A stretch of DNA of 64,000 nt, from the NCBI GenBank assembly GCA_963667365.1, contig OY763324.1, positions 534,433 through 598,432 of the forward strand, written 5' to 3'. Numbering within the stretch: the first letter of the stretch is position 1; each line of letters starts with the position of its first letter. This document shows, piece by piece, positions 11,501 to 20,644 of the stretch. The notes beneath the pieces were generated by a model. That model saw only the letters and a program-made list of their open reading frames with translations, searched no databases and was not told the DNA's origin. The translations under genes and the position numbers were made by a program. This stretch comes from Candidatus Poribacteria bacterium (GTDB lineage: Bacteria; Poribacteria; WGA-4E; WGA-3G).

Positions 11501-12508
11501 ACCCATCCAGACGGTGGCAGTGGTATTTGCCCTATCAACTGCATATCGGACGTAGTATTCCTCAGCGATGGATCCACCTTCACTTGTTGTGACGTGGCAT
11601 CGGTTAAATCCAGTGGCAACGCGTTGATCAAGTGTCGGTTCCGGTAAGAGATCACCTGCCAACTGCTCAATCGTAAACTGGTCAAAGGGGATATTTTTGT
11701 TGAATGCGTTGATAACCCAGTCTCTATAGGGCCACATTTCGCGATAGTTGTCCAAATGCAGTCCGTGTGTATCACCATAACGTGCGACATCTAACCAAAA
11801 TCGTGCCATATGTTCGCCATATTCGGGTTTTGCCATGTAAGAGTCAATTAGTTTTTCGTAAGCATTAGGAGAATCGTCATTGAGGAATTGGTGTATCTCT
11901 TCAAGTGTTGGTGGTAGACCTGTCAGGTCAAAACTTATTCGTCGGATGAGTGTGCGCTTATCCGCTTCTTTAGCTGGTTGCAGCCCTTCCTTTTCAAGAC
12001 GCGAAAGGATGAACGCATCAATCGGATTTCTGACCCAATCGGATTTCTTGACGTTGGGAGGTGTTGGACGTACAGGTGTTGTAAATGCCCAATGTTCCTC
12101 CCATTTTGCACCTTCACTTATCCACTGTTTGACGACTTCAATTTGTTCTGGTGTGAGTGTTTTATTAAAGTTTGCTGGTGGCATCTGATAACTTTCGTCC
12201 TCAGAGGTAATCCGTAGGTAGAGTTCACTCTCCTCTGGTTCATTAGGGACGACAATCGGATATCCACTGGGTTCAGAAAACGCGCCTTCCTTTGTGTCAA
12301 GTCGTAGGTTTGCCTGTCGGGTCTTTTCATCTGGTCCATGGCAGGCAAAACAGTTATCCGATAAAATAGGACGGATGTCTTGGTTATAATCAACTGTGGC
12401 TTCTGCGGATTCATGATGTTCTGCAGATGCAATGGGAATCCCTAACATAACGAAGAATAAACATACCAACATAGCAGTTAGTGGGACAGAACTTTTAGAA
12501 CTTTTCAC
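8576..12508 (-). CDS. Planctomycete cytochrome c (PSCyt1) + DUF1549 + DUF1553 (PSD1) protein with internal beta-sandwich domains
   Basis: Signal peptide; CFACH and CAQCH heme motifs; YGEHMARFWLDVARY, NRFWQHVFGTGIV, TNTPMQALMLMND; GTG start. Confidence 0.9.
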   Translation of the reverse strand: MKSSKSSVPLTAMLVCLFFVMLGIPIASAEHHESAEATVDYNQDIRPILSDNCFACHGPDEKTRQANLRLDTKEGAFSEPSGYPIVVPNEPEESELYLRITSEDESYQMPPANFNKTLTPEQIEVVKQWISEGAKWEEHWAFTTPVRPTPPNVKKSDWVRNPIDAFILSRLEKEGLQPAKEADKRTLIRRISFDLTGLPPTLEEIHQFLNDDSPNAYEKLIDSYMAKPEYGEHMARFWLDVARYGDTHGLHLDNYREMWPYRDWVINAFNKNIPFDQFTIEQLAGDLLPEPTLDQRVATGFNRCHVTTSEGGSIAEEYYVRYAVDRANTTATVWMGLTAGCAQCHDHKYDPISQKEYYQLYAYFNNITENAMDGNRKDSPPVVKLPTPEQTAQLAKYDEQIKDLDAQSKGSIPHIDAAQTAWENRMPRWTFIKPDVVLSQGLATVNISEDNSVLASGMNPDKEVYEVYAKLPPGKWSAVRLEGIPDKSLPGSGIGRSDNSNVVLTGFSVDIVPAAMAEEMLNSAKEAAQKATEEAKAAAEAKAAAEAKAAEEAKAAEEAAKAEETKTAEETDEEKTTDKPVDEAAPETDEEKPVEEAAPETDEDAAPETEETDTAEDAAPETEETTEETAEPVEEKDPWTSVPIVKAWADKEQASADFVIANVIDDKSETGWGLESNNNRGNSRQAIFLVANPFGTEGGLVRIRIRHESEHAKHHFGRFRLAVTNAPTIYPIGSKVALGNWHSAGPFTAEHGNIAFYNVYEPETKPVNTGDKFTVDSQELTWKQQTHWTDGEVHNDIVGENSATYLYRNISSETQQKATLFLSSNDALKVWVNQTEVLASNIQRDATPDTDRIQIQLNPGNNALLLKVVNYSGPSGFYFRMESDTPMVTANIVDTIAIERGKRNGDQQTQIREYYRRNVSTDEGLKKLYADITDTQNKRNSLNNSLTTTLVMQERSEPRGAYVLERGAYEHRAEQVTPQTPAVLPPMIKGSPPNRLSLAKWLVSAKHPLTSRVTINRFWQHVFGTGIVRTSEDFGTQGTPPVHPELLDWLATEFVESGWDMQTMLKLMLTSATYRQSAQVTSEKLERDADNVLLSRAPRYRFDAEIVRDNALALSGLLYKRIGGPSVKPPQPGGLWKAVGFTGSNTDTFRKDSGADKIYRRSLYTFWKRTAPPPQMNILDAPSREACTIRRERTNTPMQALMLMNDPQFFEAARVFAEHTIKFGGNTPEERISYMFELATAREPKAMEAALILETMQAHEEELNAAPEAAKELIAVGESTPDEKLDAVEVATWTMIANLILNLDEVLNKG
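10595..10969 (-). repeat. Low-complexity in-frame insert: (E)AKAA repeats then acidic AAPET repeats (39-bp period)
   Basis: 125 aa AAMAEE...EEKDP; identical DNA 'cctcagtttctggtgctgcatc' at 10639 and 10678; 'tcatcggtttcaggagcagc' at 10701 and 10740. Confidence 0.9.
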
Positions 12509-12573
12509 TGGAATTCACTCCCTTTTCAATATGGCTTGCAATCTGAAGTTTGTTAAATCAAAATATTAAGTTA

Positions 12574-12585
12574 TATAACGTTATA
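12574..12585. promoter_or_regulatory. Perfect 12-bp palindrome TATAACGTTATA, candidate operator
   Basis: Lies about 66 bp upstream of the 12508 start codon. Confidence 0.35.
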
Positions 12586-12658
12586 GCAATCAAAAAGTTT
12601 AATAGTGATTAAACCATTTTAAGGTGCAGAAGGTTTTGTTGTCAACACTTTCTACCCT

Positions 12659-13465
12659 TTATTCAGTCCTTACCTTCTCAAAAATGATAATATGCTGCCA
12701 TGGCAAGACATCAATCGTCTCTACCCAAGACAACGGATGAGGCGTTACCTCCTTCATCACCTGCAATTGACTCATCTTGTGCAAAAGTTTGATAGGCACA
12801 TTCGGATCTTCTAAGCGATATTCTACAAACACAACCCTACCACCTACTTTTAGTCCATGGACAATATTCTGCATCATCTCATACGGATGCGAAAATTCAT
12901 GGTAGACATCTACCATAATAGCCAGATCAACCGAATTCGGTGGCAGCTTCGGATCAGTAATAGTACCTAATACCCCTTTTATATTAGTAATACCTTCTTC
13001 CGCCATTTTCTCTGCGAGAATATCAAGCATCTCTTGCTGAATTTCCACCCCGTAAATCGTGCCTGTATTGCCGATTATAGGCGAAATACGTCGGGCAATG
13101 TAACCTGTACCAACCCCAATATCAGCGACGACATCTCCCTCCTTTAGCTTTAGCGATTCGATGAGACGATTCGGCATCTCTTCGCGTTCGCGTTCAGGAC
13201 GTTCCAACCATCCCGCAGCAAGATGTCCCATCACCTGCGATATTTCGCGTCCCATGTAATATTTGCCTATACCATCTCTACTGGGAGCGCGTTCTTCATA
13301 TAGTGTGCTTGCAGGACGAGTCGGGTCAGTTTCTTTATGAGAATCGCCTCGCGGTGATGTGGTAACATGGTTGAATAGTAGCAACACACCAACGATACAA
13401 ACAAAGATTCTTGTGGTTTTTCTGGAATTCAGACTTTTCTTACGGATGTTTTGGAATGTTTTCAT
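12659..13465 (-). CDS. Class I SAM-dependent methyltransferase with N-terminal hydrophobic segment
   Basis: VVADIGVGTGY motif I, GVEIQ, VDLAIMVDVYHEF; start moved to 13465 because the longer ORF overlaps the upstream gene. Confidence 0.88.
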   Translation of the reverse strand: MKTFQNIRKKSLNSRKTTRIFVCIVGVLLLFNHVTTSPRGDSHKETDPTRPASTLYEERAPSRDGIGKYYMGREISQVMGHLAAGWLERPEREREEMPNRLIESLKLKEGDVVADIGVGTGYIARRISPIIGNTGTIYGVEIQQEMLDILAEKMAEEGITNIKGVLGTITDPKLPPNSVDLAIMVDVYHEFSHPYEMMQNIVHGLKVGGRVVFVEYRLEDPNVPIKLLHKMSQLQVMKEVTPHPLSWVETIDVLPWQHIIIFEKVRTE

Positions 13466-13469
13466 CAGT

Positions 13470-14513
13470 TTACCACCTTCCGAGATAGAGACCTCGGTTT
13501 TCCATCGGGATGGGTACCCGAACACCTTTCTGTCGTTGAGAGTCAACAATTGCAAATACCATTTCTGTGCTACGATGCGCGAGTTGAATGTTGCCTTGAG
13601 TTTCAGTATCGGTGTCGATTGCTTCAACGATGTCTTCAATACAACCCACGGTACCGCTTTTACGTTCAAAAGGAGGGAATTGGGTATCTAATACTTCGTT
13701 AAACTGTCCCTGTCGTTTGCGAAGTTGGAAGCCGAGCCCATTGTTAAGAGAACGGACTGTACCCTCACTACAATTCACTTCAAATTCGTAAGCAGTACCA
13801 GGAATACTAATGCCTTTGATGCCGTTCTGAAAACAGATGAATCCCATCACAATTCCTGGGTCCGATTCAGTGCGGTTATCCTCAAAATCAGCATCATCAA
13901 CAGCGACATTGCCTTGGACATATTCTATCGGTGAATCGCTTGCCAAAAAGAGGATCAGATCGGCGGCGTGTGTATAACCCCATAAGGCAGAACCACCCGT
14001 ATAAGAGATGATAGAACGACGTTCTCCTAATTCACCACTCTCAAGAATTTCACGCATCTTCATGTAACCTGGAGTAAACCGTCGCTGCGTGCCAAGGTTA
14101 AATTTGATGTTGTGTTTATCACATACTTCAAGCATTGCATCCGCCTCTTCCATAGAGGCACAAAGTGGTTTATCACAATAGATGCCTTTCACACCGTTTT
14201 CTGCAGCAAATTGTGTAATGTCAGCATGGTTTCCAGGACGTGTGGCAATACTGATAATATCGGGTTTTTCTTGTACTATCATCTCTTGATAGTCAAGGTA
14301 ATACTTCGGAATGTCCCATTTGTCGCAAACATATTGTGCTTTTTCTTCAACCACATCTGCAGCAGCAACAAGGTCTGTTCGTTCATAAGCTGTATAACCC
14401 GCAGCATGAGAATACGGTAATGCACCGTGTGGTGTTCCGCTAACCTCCTCATCAATAGTGCCACCCATACGTCCACAACCAACAATACAGACACGATATT
14501 GTGTCGTTTCCAT
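13470..14513 (-). CDS. Gfo/Idh/MocA family oxidoreductase
   Basis: IVGCGRMG, YCDKPLC, NLGTQRRF motifs. Confidence 0.88.
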   Translation of the reverse strand: METTQYRVCIVGCGRMGGTIDEEVSGTPHGALPYSHAAGYTAYERTDLVAAADVVEEKAQYVCDKWDIPKYYLDYQEMIVQEKPDIISIATRPGNHADITQFAAENGVKGIYCDKPLCASMEEADAMLEVCDKHNIKFNLGTQRRFTPGYMKMREILESGELGERRSIISYTGGSALWGYTHAADLILFLASDSPIEYVQGNVAVDDADFEDNRTESDPGIVMGFICFQNGIKGISIPGTAYEFEVNCSEGTVRSLNNGLGFQLRKRQGQFNEVLDTQFPPFERKSGTVGCIEDIVEAIDTDTETQGNIQLAHRSTEMVFAIVDSQRQKGVRVPIPMENRGLYLGRW

Positions 14514-14556
14514 CGGATTCCTCCATTAAATTCTGTCTTGGACGTTGTATTTTCGG

Positions 14557-15396
14557 TTAAGCCGTTAATTTGACAACATCCTGTTTGACTACTTCCTTTA
14601 TATGTCCATAAGATGCCGTTTTTGTCAATTCCTGCACCTCTGGTGACAAACGATTGACGATTGCCTCTGGTAGACCGGCTTTACCTTCAAATTGCGGACG
14701 ATACCGAAGTATAAGGAAACGTCTGTCTCGGTCTTTTGGTCTCCACTGCAAAACACCGTGTGTCAAAAGTTCAGAGATAACAAGGAAATCACCTGCTTTC
14801 GGGGTGAGGTTGGTAAAAACGTCGTCTGGTTCCGGATCAATACCGTCTGGTCCTGGTGTCAGTAGGTCTTCAGGACGGTCAAATTGACTCTTATGTGATC
14901 CCGGAATGACAATGAGTCCGCCATCACCGGGTTGGACATCGGTTAAGTAGAAGAAAGCTACGAAATCGTTGCAGTAGATTTGTTTATTCTTTACTTCGTA
15001 TCGGGTAAGCCAATGTCGACCCTCCCGCGCGCAATGCAATCCCGCAGGATTTGTTCCCGACGGTTGCCTGTCAGGATTGTGCTGTTCTAATGTGAGGGTG
15101 CCTGTTACAAACCTTGGCATATCAAAAGTAAACTCTTTAACGAGTGACCAAATAGCCGGATGTACCGTCATCGCTTCAAGCGAACGGTCAAATGCAAATC
15201 CGTGTTCATATCTGCCACCTTTGCCGGGTTCTAAATCACGCGGACGCGTCGTAAATCCCTCGGGTCGTTCGTCAAGCGGCATGTGGATATATCTGTCAAC
15301 AGCATTTTGGGCTGCTTTCAGCGCATCCCCCGTGACCGCATTTTTTATGTGTAAATAGCCAGTAACATCAAATAGATAACGTTGTTCTGGTGTCAT
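14557..15396 (-). CDS. PhyH-like Fe(II)/2-oxoglutarate oxygenase with H-C-A motif (halogenase-like)
   Basis: TGYLHIKNA, GGLIVIPGSHK, AGDFLVISELLTHG, distal Arg (RRF); proximal motif H121-C-A123. Confidence 0.85.
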   Translation of the reverse strand: MTPEQRYLFDVTGYLHIKNAVTGDALKAAQNAVDRYIHMPLDERPEGFTTRPRDLEPGKGGRYEHGFAFDRSLEAMTVHPAIWSLVKEFTFDMPRFVTGTLTLEQHNPDRQPSGTNPAGLHCAREGRHWLTRYEVKNKQIYCNDFVAFFYLTDVQPGDGGLIVIPGSHKSQFDRPEDLLTPGPDGIDPEPDDVFTNLTPKAGDFLVISELLTHGVLQWRPKDRDRRFLILRYRPQFEGKAGLPEAIVNRLSPEVQELTKTASYGHIKEVVKQDVVKLTA

Positions 15397-15408
15397 TCTC
15401 AGGTCCTT

Positions 15409-16224
15409 TTAGGTTAATTGGACATGTTCCTTATTAACAATATCCTTGATATGTGTATAATGCGTAGGTTGTGTGAGTTCGCGGGTTTCAGGAGAAAGAC
15501 GTTCCATCACTTCTGGTGGAAACGCGTCTCTTTTTCCTCTGTTATCTTCAAAAAATTGAGTCTTGTAACGTAAGATGAGAAATCTACGATACCGTTCCTT
15601 CGGTTTCCATATAAGAACACCGTGTGTCAATAGTTCAGAGAGGACAATTGCATCTCCTGCACGGGCGGTAACATTAACGAGAGCGGGATGAAGTTCATCG
15701 TCAGGATTCTCTGGGTCTGGAAAGAAAATCCCTTCTGGTCGTTCGAAATTCGCTTTGTGAGAACCCGGTAAAACAACTAATCCACCATCACCTGGATAAA
15801 CATCGGTGAAGTAGAAGAAGATTGCAAAGTCATTGTTGTGTATTTTTCCATTTTTCGCGACGTAGCGGCGCGTCTGCCACCCACAGTCTTCACGGGCACA
15901 ATGTAACTTACCGATAACCTGATCATGCTCAGATCCCTTTGCTACTAAAGACCCTCGATTAAATCGCGGTCTATTACTGGTCAATTCCTTTACAATGCCC
16001 CACGTTTTTGGATGGAGTGTGAGTGCCTCAAGCGATTTATCAAACGAAAATCCGTTGGAAAAACCACCTCCACCATAACTTATACCCGGTGGGAGTTCGT
16101 CTGGGGGTGTCTGGACACAGCGTTCAACAGCATCTTGTGCATTTTTTAATTCTTCTTCATTGAGAACGTTTTTTAAGTGGAGATACCCTGTCAAGTCAAA
16201 TAGGTACCGTTGTTTAGGAGTCAT
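15409..16224 (-). CDS. PhyH-like Fe(II)/2-oxoglutarate oxygenase with H-C-A motif, tandem paralog
   Basis: Same motifs; H108-C-A110 and H201. Confidence 0.85.
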   Translation of the reverse strand: MTPKQRYLFDLTGYLHLKNVLNEEELKNAQDAVERCVQTPPDELPPGISYGGGGFSNGFSFDKSLEALTLHPKTWGIVKELTSNRPRFNRGSLVAKGSEHDQVIGKLHCAREDCGWQTRRYVAKNGKIHNNDFAIFFYFTDVYPGDGGLVVLPGSHKANFERPEGIFFPDPENPDDELHPALVNVTARAGDAIVLSELLTHGVLIWKPKERYRRFLILRYKTQFFEDNRGKRDAFPPEVMERLSPETRELTQPTHYTHIKDIVNKEHVQLT

Positions 16225-16386
16225 AAATACCCTCCTTATACATATATGGCATGAATTGTATCATATTTATTATATTTTGAAACAAAATTCATCGCATTAG
16301 AAAGAATAAATAGGAACAGAATCGAATTTACACACACTTTTGTTGTTTTAAGGTGTTTTCAACCAGAACATCACAACCTACTGCAA

Positions 16387-16523
16387 AAATGTCATACTTT
16401 TGAGTCAATCCTGACTATATTTGTCATAAATAAGCCATAAAACCAGTCCTGATATAGGTTCTTTCCTTATACGCAAATTTGAAAAATTGCGATTTACTCA
16501 AAAAACTCAAAAGTATGACATTT
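16387..16523. repeat. 137-bp element bounded by perfect 19-bp inverted repeats (MITE-like)
   Basis: aaatgtcatacttttgagt (16387-16405) is the reverse complement of actcaaaagtatgacattt (16505-16523); no internal ORF. Confidence 0.7.
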
Positions 16524-16765
16524 AGAACCATTCAATTGTAACAATGTATTTTTATAAGAATGGTTTCTACCCGTTGTAAGTGTGCAGAAGTAAATCTTGT
16601 TTGTAAAACGGACGTATAACTCATACTTTTTATCTATTCACTGTTCAAAAATTCGACAATTGACTACCACTGACTATACAACTCAACACCTACTTGTAGA
16701 ATTGAAAATCTCCAAAAATTGTGATATACGTAGTATAATGTTAGATAATAACTTGGAGGATGTGT

Positions 16766-17680
16766 ATGAAACTCGGATTTGTAAGTGCAATTTTACCAGA
16801 TCAGACCTTAGCAGAGGTAGTCAAATTTGCTTCAGATACAGGTTACGATTGCGTTGAATTGATGTGTTGGCCCAAAGGAAAAGCGGAACGACGTTATGCA
16901 GGTGTAACCCACGTAGACGTGGCTTCACTTACCGAGGCAGAAGTTGATCAAATCTTGCATTGTGTATCGGATGCAGGAATTACAATTAGCGGTTTAGGTT
17001 ACTACCCAAATCCACTAACTCCCAACGAAACAGAAGCGGAAATATATAGCGAACATCTCAAACAACTGATATTGGCAGCGAAACGGTTATCATTGGAAAT
17101 TGTAAATACCTTCATCGGTAGAGACCAGACACGCACAATAGACGACAATTGGGATAGATTCAAACAGGTGTGGAAACCGCTCATCCAATTTGCAGAGGAC
17201 AACGGAATTCGCATCGGCATTGAGAATTGCCCAATGTTCTTTACCGAAGACGAATGGCCCGCCGGACAAAACCTCGCATATAGTCCAGCGATATGGGAAC
17301 GGATGTTTGACGAGATACCTTCACCGAATTTTGGACTTAACTTTGATCCATCCCACTTTATATGGTTACAAATGGACTACCTGAAACCCCTTGCCACTTA
17401 TGCTGACCGCATTTTCCATGTGCATGCAAAAGATGTTAGATTAGATAGAGAACGGCTTGACGAGGTGGGAATCCTCGCAACGCCGCTTGCCTATCATACT
17501 CCAAAATTGCCGGGACTTGGAGATGTCAATTGGGGCAGTTTTTTCTCTGTTCTGAACGATACAGGCTATGAAGGGGCTGTCTGCGTTGAGGTAGAGGATC
17601 GCGCTTATGAAGAAACATTAGAATCACGACAACGCGCTTTAAGACAAAGTCATATCTTCCTTAGACAATTCATCGGGTAG
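16766..17680 (+). CDS. Sugar phosphate isomerase/epimerase (xylose-isomerase-like TIM barrel)
   Basis: [27 protein letters not shown] metal motifs; GGAGG RBS at 16755-16759. Confidence 0.88.
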   Translation: MKLGFVSAILPDQTLAEVVKFASDTGYDCVELMCWPKGKAERRYAGVTHVDVASLTEAEVDQILHCVSDAGITISGLGYYPNPLTPNETEAEIYSEHLKQLILAAKRLSLEIVNTFIGRDQTRTIDDNWDRFKQVWKPLIQFAEDNGIRIGIENCPMFFTEDEWPAGQNLAYSPAIWERMFDEIPSPNFGLNFDPSHFIWLQMDYLKPLATYADRIFHVHAKDVRLDRERLDEVGILATPLAYHTPKLPGLGDVNWGSFFSVLNDTGYEGAVCVEVEDRAYEETLESRQRALRQSHIFLRQFIG

Positions 17681-17684
17681 CTGC

Positions 17685-18851
17685 ATGAAACAATATGACT
17701 GGATTCAAACAGAGTACGCTGAGCTTGAAGAAGCAGGATTAGCACGCCACCTACGCACCGTAATGAGTCCTCCACAAAACACAGTCACTGTTGATGGACG
17801 CTATGTTGTGATGCTTGGGTCAAACAATTATCTGGGTTTGAGCACACATCCCAAGGTTATGTCGGCAGCAGCATCTGCAGCAATGGTATATGGCACAGGC
17901 GCAAGCGGTTCTCGTCTTATTTCTGGAAATAACAAAATCTACGAAACATTGGAAAACAACTTAGCGGAAACAAAAGGTACTGAAGGAGCACTCGTGTTTA
18001 GCTCAGGTTATGCCGCGAATATAAGTATAATTCCTGTACTTGCACGGGAAAACGATCTTATTATAAGTGATGCTCTGAATCACGCAAGCATCATTGACGG
18101 ATGCCGTCTCAGTCGTGCAACTAAAAAAATCTACCGACACTGTGATGTTGAACATCTAAAGACATTATTAGCAGAATCAACGGAATTCAAACGTAGACTG
18201 ATTATTACAGACGGTGTTTTCAGCATGGATGGTGATATCGCCCCGTTACGGGATATATACGAAGTCGCAACGAATTATGAAGCCATGCTGTTAGTAGACG
18301 ATGCACACGGATTCGGTGTACTGGGAAAACGTGGAAGTGGAACTGTGGCTCACTGTGGGTTAGAAGGTGAAGATATCGTCCAGATGGGTACGCTTAGTAA
18401 AGCAATTGGAGGATTAGGAGGATATATTGCGGGAAGTCGGACGTTAATTGAATTGCTTATCAACCGTGCACGTGGCTTTATCTTTACAACAGGACTACCA
18501 CCTGCAACATTAGCAGCAGCCAATGCAGCACTGAACGTTATGCGTGATTCACCAAAATTGCGGAAACGTCTACATGAACATGCGGATACAGTCAAAAAAG
18601 CGTTGACAAGAATGGGATATACGCTATTGCCAAGTCAGACCCAAATTATACCTGTGGTTTTAGGTGACCCGCAACTCGCAACGGACATTACCCAAGCACT
18701 ACTGGCAGAAGATGTGTTTGCACCTGCAATTCGTCCTCCTGCTGTTCCAGCAGGGACAAGTCGTCTACGTGTTACCGTGATGGCAACGCATACAGATAGA
18801 GATATAGAACATGCCTTGCACGGGTTTAAGAATGTGTTGGGTTCTTTCTAA
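17685..18851 (+). CDS. bioF: 8-amino-7-oxononanoate synthase-like alpha-oxoamine synthase
   Basis: GSNNYLGL, FSSGYAAN, DALNHASIIDG, TDGVFSMDGD, DDAHG, GTLSKA (PLP lysine). Confidence 0.8.
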   Translation: MKQYDWIQTEYAELEEAGLARHLRTVMSPPQNTVTVDGRYVVMLGSNNYLGLSTHPKVMSAAASAAMVYGTGASGSRLISGNNKIYETLENNLAETKGTEGALVFSSGYAANISIIPVLARENDLIISDALNHASIIDGCRLSRATKKIYRHCDVEHLKTLLAESTEFKRRLIITDGVFSMDGDIAPLRDIYEVATNYEAMLLVDDAHGFGVLGKRGSGTVAHCGLEGEDIVQMGTLSKAIGGLGGYIAGSRTLIELLINRARGFIFTTGLPPATLAAANAALNVMRDSPKLRKRLHEHADTVKKALTRMGYTLLPSQTQIIPVVLGDPQLATDITQALLAEDVFAPAIRPPAVPAGTSRLRVTVMATHTDRDIEHALHGFKNVLGSF

Positions 18852-18947
18852 TTGTTCATTTATCTTATCAGAGTTGACAATAACATATTGAAATTAATGT
18901 GTATTTATGTGAAACTATGACAAATCCTATCTGAGAGACCTACCATA

Positions 18948-19361
18948 ATGAGCACAAAAGCACATGTAATTGACTTTGATAAACAAGACCCTATTGACCG
19001 AGGCACAGGGGTTAGAACGGTACCGTTGGCAGGAAGGTGGCTTGACTCGACATCCCTTACCAACGGTATAACGATGTTTGAACCCGGTGCTGCAATTGCA
19101 CGCCACTACCATAACTGCGATGAATCTGTGACTATTCTTGAAGGTAAAGCTACTTGTGAAGTTGATGGTGAAATCTTCACGATGGACACCTACGACACGA
19201 CCTTTGTCCCTGCTGGTATACCACACCGATTTTGGAATGAAAGCAATGCACCGATGAAGATTTTGTGGACATACGCTTCTGTTGAAGTGACCCGCACCTT
19301 TACAGAGACCGGTGAAACGGTAGGACATTTGTCCGCAGGTGACCAAGCGGTTGTGTCCTAA
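18948..19361 (+). CDS. Cupin domain protein
   Basis: HYHNCDE...GKA and PAGIPHRFWN cupin motifs. Confidence 0.85.
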   Translation: MSTKAHVIDFDKQDPIDRGTGVRTVPLAGRWLDSTSLTNGITMFEPGAAIARHYHNCDESVTILEGKATCEVDGEIFTMDTYDTTFVPAGIPHRFWNESNAPMKILWTYASVEVTRTFTETGETVGHLSAGDQAVVS

Positions 19362-19389
19362 ACAGGAAATCGCTGAAGGAATATAAAAT

Positions 19390-20628
19390 ATGTCCGTACA
19401 AGACTTTATTAAGGACAATCAAGATTCGTTGTGTAGTCTACTACAAGAACTTGTCAGAATCCCAACCGTCAATCCACCCGGAGAGAATTATGCCGAGATT
19501 GTAGCACTACTTGAGGCAAAGTGCAAGACGTTGGGAATGAAGACGAAAGTCGTAAAGGTTACAAAACGGCGTGCAGATCAGGTTATTTCAAATGCATCAA
19601 CTGATCCACGTTTGAATTTGATTGCACGTTGGGATGTTGGTGCAGAAAAGACGGTACATTTCAATGCACATTACGATGTGGTGCCAGTTGCGGGGAAGTG
19701 GCGTTTCGGAGATCCGTTCAGTGGAAAGATAGAAGGGGAATGGCTTTATGGACGCGGTGCGGATGATATGAAGGATGCCATCGCTGCCCTTTTATTCGCA
19801 ATTCAAGCTATTCAGGAGAGTGACATAGTACCGTTGTTTAACATTGAATGTTCGTTTACTTGTGATGAGGAGACTGGTGGACAGTTAGGAGCTGGATATA
19901 TTGTTGAGAAAGGATTAGTCAACGCGGATTACGTCGTCAATTGTGAAGGTGGATCGGAGATGAATATCGGCAACGGACATAACGGAGTATTATGGGTAGA
20001 CATTGATGTTCATGGAAAAGCAGCACACGGGTCTCAGCCGAATAAGGGTATTAATGCTTTTGAGAAAACTGCCGAACTTGTTTCTGCATTACAACGGGTT
20101 AAACGGGATTTGAAGTCGCCAGAACGTGCATTTAAACTGCCAGATGGTGGTGAACGTTTTCCAACTATAAATATTGGCGGAACATTTCGCGGCACTGAAG
20201 GAGATAAAGTCAACACTGTTCCTGCACGCCTCACGTTCTCTATTGACCGACGGGTTACACCAAATGAAAAACTGGAGTTTGCTGAACTGGAGTTACGTGA
20301 AGCGATTGCGGGAGCATGTGAATACTATCCAGATTTGAAAGCAGATGTACGCGCAATCTTGCGTATTGAGCCATGTCTAACGGATACCGATTCCCCATTA
20401 GCACAAGGTTTTGCTGATGCCGTGCGTACAGTTCGTTACAACCAACCGAAATTTAAGAGCACTGCAGGGTTTACAGATTTGCACTATTTTGTCAATTCAG
20501 GATTGCAGGGTATTGGATACGGTCCGAGCGGTGAAGGCGGACATGCTATAAATGAGCGTGTACATATTCCTGATCTGGTTCGGACTTCTGCTATCTATGC
20601 GATCTTTATGACACGTGCTGAGTTATAA
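19390..20628 (+). CDS. M20/ArgE/DapE family metallopeptidase
   Basis: NAHYDVVP, GRGADDMK, CDEETGG, HGKAAHG, HAINE. Confidence 0.9.
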   Translation: MSVQDFIKDNQDSLCSLLQELVRIPTVNPPGENYAEIVALLEAKCKTLGMKTKVVKVTKRRADQVISNASTDPRLNLIARWDVGAEKTVHFNAHYDVVPVAGKWRFGDPFSGKIEGEWLYGRGADDMKDAIAALLFAIQAIQESDIVPLFNIECSFTCDEETGGQLGAGYIVEKGLVNADYVVNCEGGSEMNIGNGHNGVLWVDIDVHGKAAHGSQPNKGINAFEKTAELVSALQRVKRDLKSPERAFKLPDGGERFPTINIGGTFRGTEGDKVNTVPARLTFSIDRRVTPNEKLEFAELELREAIAGACEYYPDLKADVRAILRIEPCLTDTDSPLAQGFADAVRTVRYNQPKFKSTAGFTDLHYFVNSGLQGIGYGPSGEGGHAINERVHIPDLVRTSAIYAIFMTRAEL

Positions 20629-20644
20629 TAATGGAGTGATTACC

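Noticed and set aside
13466-13669. 68-aa N-terminal extension of the methyltransferase ORF
   Set aside because: Overlaps the 3' end of the Gfo/Idh/MocA gene; ATG 13465 has its own RBS-like sequence
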